A DNA stretch of 64,000 bases from Marispirochaeta sp. (lineage in GTDB: Bacteria; Spirochaetota; Spirochaetia; JC444; Marispirochaetaceae): NCBI GenBank assembly GCA_963676835.2, contig CAXXFF010000002.1, positions 1,760,001-1,824,000 on the forward strand, written 5' to 3'. Both the position numbers and the translations under genes were made by a program. The notes below the pieces were generated by a model. It worked only from the letters and a program-made list of their open reading frames with translations. It was not told where the DNA came from and did not search any database. Positions within the stretch are counted from its first letter, which is position 1. Each line of letters starts with the position of its first letter. Shown here piece after piece: positions 60,062 through 64,000 of this stretch.

Positions 60062-61360
60062 TCAAGTCCCGGTATATTTCCGGATGGCATCGGCAATCTG
60101 TTCATAGGTTGTACGCCTTCTGGTATCATCCGCTTCCAGCAGTGTTACCCGGAAGCCGGGAAGATCGCAGCAGAAGCCGCTCAGGGGAACAACGCAGATT
60201 CCCGCTGAAGCCAGAAGATAGTAGACAAACCGTTTATCCGGAGCGACGGTATCAATCATGGAATTGATGTAGTCGCGGATCTCTTCATTCTCAATCGGCA
60301 GTGACTGGTGTGAGTTCAGAAGTCCCTTTTCGAAGACCGCAGTAATATAGAAGGCTCCTTTAGGTTTCACCACCTTTACCCCGGGTACGGCATTGAGAAT
60401 ATCCGCAGCCTCCTGAGCTCTGGCTTCATACAAGGCGTTTCTGTGCTTCAGATGTGCCTCATAGCGGGGATCGGAGAATACCGGCGGAATGGAAAGCTGG
60501 GGCAGGGTGGTTGAGCAGACTTCCAGTCTCTTTGCATCCAGCAGGCTGGTAATGTAACGGGCAAACTCCGGATCCTGCTTCTGGTTGTAGACCTCTATCC
60601 AGCCGCAGCGGCCGCCGGGCCAGGGATATTCCTTGGAAATACTCCGGAGAGCCATGCCGGGAACTCCGTCTATAACGTCACTTAAAAATGTACTGTCATC
60701 GGGGTTGTAGACGATACTGGCGTAGGTTTCGTCGCAGATGACAAAGAGATCGTACTTTTTTGCGATATCCACCATGGCGGTGAGCACTTCCCGGGGGTAT
60801 ACTGCGCCGGTGGGGTTGTCCGGGTTAATGAGCAGAATTCCCGCGATGGAGGGGTTGTAGCGGACCTTGTTTTCAATATCCGCCAGATCGGGCATCCAGT
60901 TATTATCCGGATCCAGCCGGTAGGTAAGATGTTCGTAACCCGAATGGGATGCCTCAGCGGACGAAAGGGTTGAGTATGCCGGTGACGGCCCGATTACCCG
61001 GGCTTCCCTTTTAAGATATTCAAAAATCCGGGCCACCGCATCTCCCAGGCCGTTGAAGAAGAAGATGTCGTCCTTGTCTATTCCGGCTCCGCCCCGGGCT
61101 GTAACACGCTCTGCCAGAAACTCCCGTGTTTGCGGTGCTCCCTGGGTATCGGTGTAGCAGTAGGAGGCATCCGTTGAGGCGAGACCTGTTACGGTTTCCT
61201 TTATCCAGTCCGGAACAGATTCGCCTTTCTGTACAGGATCCCCGATATTCTCATAAATTACCGGCAATCCTGCTGCTTCCACTTTGTGGGCAACCTTTAC
61301 AATTTCCCTGATCTCGTAGCGCAGCTCTCCGGCGCCGTCCCATACAATTGGTCTTCTCAT
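60062..61360 (-). CDS. Class I/II PLP aminotransferase, AlaA-like (probable alanine transaminase)
   Basis: YEIR..ENIGDP, INPDNPTGAVY, DETY, SISK...GGRCGW; start MRRPIVW after GGAGG. Confidence 0.8.
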   Translation of the reverse strand: MRRPIVWDGAGELRYEIREIVKVAHKVEAAGLPVIYENIGDPVQKGESVPDWIKETVTGLASTDASYCYTDTQGAPQTREFLAERVTARGGAGIDKDDIFFFNGLGDAVARIFEYLKREARVIGPSPAYSTLSSAEASHSGYEHLTYRLDPDNNWMPDLADIENKVRYNPSIAGILLINPDNPTGAVYPREVLTAMVDIAKKYDLFVICDETYASIVYNPDDSTFLSDVIDGVPGMALRSISKEYPWPGGRCGWIEVYNQKQDPEFARYITSLLDAKRLEVCSTTLPQLSIPPVFSDPRYEAHLKHRNALYEARAQEAADILNAVPGVKVVKPKGAFYITAVFEKGLLNSHQSLPIENEEIRDYINSMIDTVAPDKRFVYYLLASAGICVVPLSGFCCDLPGFRVTLLEADDTRRRTTYEQIADAIRKYTGT

Positions 61361-61408
61361 CTTTTTCTCCCTCCACCCCGCATCAGTGCCGGAATAACCC
61401 GGGGATAC

Positions 61409-61445
61409 AAAAAAACCGCGGGTTCCGTTTCCGGACATCCGCGGT
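61409..61445 (-). terminator. Attenuator terminator (segments 3:4)
   Basis: ACCGCGG..TCCG-GAAA-CGGA..CCGCGG followed by T7 on the minus strand, 48 nt upstream of the aminotransferase start. Confidence 0.85.
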
Positions 61446-61487
61446 GATGTATTCTGTTGTAGTGGAATACCTGTTATCCGCGGTGGC

Positions 61488-61553
61488 CTAAAAGGCGGCT
61501 GCCGCGGCGGCTGCTGAGATGCAGACGCTGTTTAACAGTGGTGTTCCAATCAT
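61488..61553 (-). CDS. Poly-Ala leader peptide MIGTPLLNSVCISAAAAAAAF
   Basis: 21 codons with seven consecutive Ala codons (GCA GCC GCC GCG GCA GCC GCC) just upstream of alternative hairpins. Confidence 0.78.
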   Translation of the reverse strand: MIGTPLLNSVCISAAAAAAAF

Positions 61554-61560
61554 GGAATCT

Positions 61561-61589
61561 ATAGTCGCATAGTCACAACCGCAGGTCAA
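61561..61589 (-). promoter_or_regulatory. Putative promoter of the leader/aminotransferase transcript
   Basis: TTGACC-17bp-GACTAT with TG extension; leader ATG lies 7 nt downstream. Confidence 0.5.
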
Positions 61590-61620
61590 GCGCTTGTTTC
61601 TCATCTCTTTCTCTAAAAGC

Positions 61621-62301
61621 TCAGCCCTTTTTTCCGCAGCAGTGTTTGTACTTTTTACCGCTACCGCAGGGGCAGGGGTCATTTCTGCCTGTGCTCTGAA
61701 CCTGTTGGCTCTGCCTTTGCTCTTTCTGGAGATACAGAAGAAAATAGTTTCTCAAGGCCATGATATTTTCGGGCATTTCTGCTGCAATTCGGGAGAAGGT
61801 TTCCGCCAGTTCCGGGCTGTCCTGGTTATTCGTAAAGACCTTGGGCCGGGCACAAAATGCTATTGGGCTCATGAGATTGATAAAGTCGTCATCAAAACCG
61901 GCGGCTTCCACTCCGGTACAGCGGAGGCCTTTAATGAAACCTTCGCACCATTCTCCAAGCTTCCCGATATCCTCGTTTGAAAGGGAGGTCTCTTCATCTG
62001 CAGGGACTGGAAAGGGAAATTCGTATGCGTCCTCCTTGCCTTCAAAAGAAGCAACAACCGCATTATAAGCAAGTACAGAAGTATCCAGAAATGTCTGTGC
62101 CTGCTCGCGGCTGGCAAACTCCGGCTGGTCGTTTTTCATGTTGAAAAATACCGGCATCCAGATGGCCGGAGCCGAGGGTCGGGGAGAGAGGGACACTGCC
62201 GCCAGAACTCCGTGTATTCCTGCCTGACTGAGCGGCTTCGGACAGATCTCTTCAAGGGTGGTATGAATAGTGTTCAGCATGCGGACGAGATTTTTCTGCA
62301 T
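61621..62301 (-). CDS. UPF0149/YecA-like protein with C-terminal SEC-C motif
   Basis: IHGVLAAV..SP, WCEGFIKG, GRNDPCPCGSGKKYKHCCG. Confidence 0.85.
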   Translation of the reverse strand: MQKNLVRMLNTIHTTLEEICPKPLSQAGIHGVLAAVSLSPRPSAPAIWMPVFFNMKNDQPEFASREQAQTFLDTSVLAYNAVVASFEGKEDAYEFPFPVPADEETSLSNEDIGKLGEWCEGFIKGLRCTGVEAAGFDDDFINLMSPIAFCARPKVFTNNQDSPELAETFSRIAAEMPENIMALRNYFLLYLQKEQRQSQQVQSTGRNDPCPCGSGKKYKHCCGKKG

Positions 62302-62320
62302 GGGTATCTGTTGCCTCCAA

Positions 62321-63448
62321 TTATCGGGGGGGTGAATTCTTCTGTTCAAACAGGGTGGAGAAGAATCTGAAATTTTCCTCATTCCGCAGATTGGAACCCA
62401 TTACTATGCTGTGGGCTACTGCGGGAATATCATCCGGAACGGTTCCGGTTTCCAGATAATACTCCAGAATACGCACGGCATAATAGCCCTGGAGCATGGG
62501 GTTCTGGTTGATGGCCGCCGTCAGCGCATGGCTTTTGAGGTAGCGTTCAGTGTTGGGCGTAATGCCGTGGACAATGATATTATGCCTGCCTTCAAGTCCG
62601 TGGCGCAGGATTACCTCGGCGAGGGTATCCTGAACCTCTGCAATGCTGTAGATGCCGGTAAAATCGGCCTGGGGGTCAAGTATGACCTGCTCGATTTCAT
62701 CCTTCAGGTTATCATCGTGCCGCCGTTTCCGGAAGCTTACCACCTGATGATCAACTCCGGGAAAATGGATAGACAGATAGTGAACAAACTGCAGCAGCCG
62801 CTCTTCGTTTACATGAGCGCCGGCAAGCACATGTTCTGAATTCACCGGGTTATGAATAATCAGTATGTTTCCCTTTTTACTCCCCTGTGCTCCGGCTGTT
62901 TTACCCAGAAATTCAGCAGCCAGACGGCCCCCTTCACCATAGTCGGGGCTTACGGTACAAAGCCGTCCTGTCTCCGGGGCATCTACACTGATGGTTATGT
63001 GGGGAATATTATTAGCTGTCAGAAAGCGGAATATCCGGGACATATCATATTCCGGGTTATTAACAATTCCCGCGGCTTCCATCCCCCCGTCCAGTGCTTC
63101 CTGAAGGAGCTGAAGATATGCTGCGGTATCCCTGGGGGGAACCGGCTGGTAACGGGCGGAATATCCGAGAAATGAAATCTGCTGGCGGGCAAGATCGATT
63201 CCCCGGGCTACCCGGTCCCAGAAATAATCCGGTGTACAGGAGGAAAATATAACTATGGAACGACTATTTTTGCGGCTCAGTCCCCGTGCCCCGCGATGAA
63301 CAAAATAACCGCAGGATGCGGCATGATCAATAATCCTGCGTCGGGTTGTTTCTGACACCTGCGGGGACCGTGCAAGGGCACGCTGAACGGTTTTGAGTGA
63401 GATTCCCAGCTCCCGGGCCAGTGTTTTCTGGGTCATACGTTTTTCCAT
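62321..63448 (-). CDS. LacI-family transcriptional regulator
   Basis: TQKTLARELGISLKTVQRAL...VSETTR HTH; hinge ARGL; periplasmic-binding-like domain. Confidence 0.87.
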   Translation of the reverse strand: MEKRMTQKTLARELGISLKTVQRALARSPQVSETTRRRIIDHAASCGYFVHRGARGLSRKNSRSIVIFSSCTPDYFWDRVARGIDLARQQISFLGYSARYQPVPPRDTAAYLQLLQEALDGGMEAAGIVNNPEYDMSRIFRFLTANNIPHITISVDAPETGRLCTVSPDYGEGGRLAAEFLGKTAGAQGSKKGNILIIHNPVNSEHVLAGAHVNEERLLQFVHYLSIHFPGVDHQVVSFRKRRHDDNLKDEIEQVILDPQADFTGIYSIAEVQDTLAEVILRHGLEGRHNIIVHGITPNTERYLKSHALTAAINQNPMLQGYYAVRILEYYLETGTVPDDIPAVAHSIVMGSNLRNEENFRFFSTLFEQKNSPPR

Positions 63449-63495
63449 CTGACCCTAGTATAGGTTGTAAAAAAGGCTGAAACAAGGGTTTATAT

Positions 63496-63523
63496 AGAAA
63501 ATGTCTTACGTAAGACATTTTCT
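63496..63523. promoter_or_regulatory. 28-bp perfect palindrome, candidate LacI-family operator
   Basis: AGAAAATGTCTTAC|GTAAGACATTTTCT with central CG. Confidence 0.65.
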
Positions 63524-63539
63524 TGAGGCGGGGAGCAGT

Positions 63540-63998
63540 TTATTTCCGGGTTTTCCGGTCCCTGTACTGGGTGGCGGTAAGTCCGGTTGTCTTTCTGAAT
63601 ACCTTGGCAAAGTAGAAGTAATCGTGAATACCGCAAAGATCAGAGATCTCCTGTATAGGCAGGGTAGTATGTTCCAGCAGGAAGCAGGCGTGATTAATTC
63701 TTGTTTTACGTAAAAACTCAATGGGACTCACCCCGGTTTCGGCTTTGAAAAGGCTTGAAATGCGGCTTTTTTTCAGACCGAAGATTTCAGAAAGATGATC
63801 CAGGTTAAGATCTGCATCGATGTTGTTTTTTATATAGCTTTTAATAGACGTCAGGGTATCTATAGACGGGGTAGGGGCACTTTCTTCTCTGTCCCTTTCG
63901 GGATACAGGATATTGGTCTGCTCATGAAGGGTTTCTATCATCTTTTCCAGACTGTCAAACTGACGAACCAGTATTGCCGGACTTGAGACAGGCTGAAG
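63540..63998 (-). CDS. AraC-family regulator, C-terminal part (5'-truncated by window edge)
   Basis: LFKAETGVSP...RINHACFLL...YFAKVFRKTTGLTATQYR; frame is open to the window end. Confidence 0.88.
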   Translation of the reverse strand, partial: LQPVSSPAILVRQFDSLEKMIETLHEQTNILYPERDREESAPTPSIDTLTSIKSYIKNNIDADLNLDHLSEIFGLKKSRISSLFKAETGVSPIEFLRKTRINHACFLLEHTTLPIQEISDLCGIHDYFYFAKVFRKTTGLTATQYRDRKTRK

Positions 63999-64000
63999 AT

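Noticed and set aside
61488..61682. 64-aa version of the poly-Ala ORF
   Set aside because: It overlaps the upstream SEC-C gene in another frame and spans the promoter; ATG 61553 is the more plausible start

Overview
Ordinary-looking core chromosome of a free-living, roughly 50% GC spirochaete. The Spirochaetaceae-like assignment is inferred from gene content and style, not from a search. There are about 50 CDSs: proS 3' end, oppABCDF, TrmB-ilvE, a partial carotenoid/isoprenoid cluster (GGPP synthase, UbiB kinase, CruF-like hydratase, CrtB), pfk, sbcDC, Lrp-gcvTHPaPb, a DEAD-box helicase, a DUF1638-hydantoinase fusion, an HMA/two-component locus, a NusG-II/Gx/EcfT-like triad, GK-plsC-DAGK, a suf operon, gpsA, several peptidases and LacI/AraC regulators. 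There is also one tRNA-Cys. I saw no phage, transposase, integrase or CRISPR array. The most interesting signals are non-coding. The strongest is a complete classical 1-2-3-4 ribosome-dependent attenuator whose 21-aa leader peptide carries seven consecutive Ala codons, directly upstream of an AlaA-like aminotransferase (61409-61589, minus strand), i.e. a candidate alanine-sensing attenuator. Also present are a candidate ~100-nt sRNA with an anti-Shine-Dalgarno loop, perfect 22-bp and 28-bp operator palindromes, a 70-bp palindromic tandem repeat, and a recurring pattern of promoters placed so that mRNAs would be nearly leaderless. All family calls come from motif recognition by eye; no database search was run.
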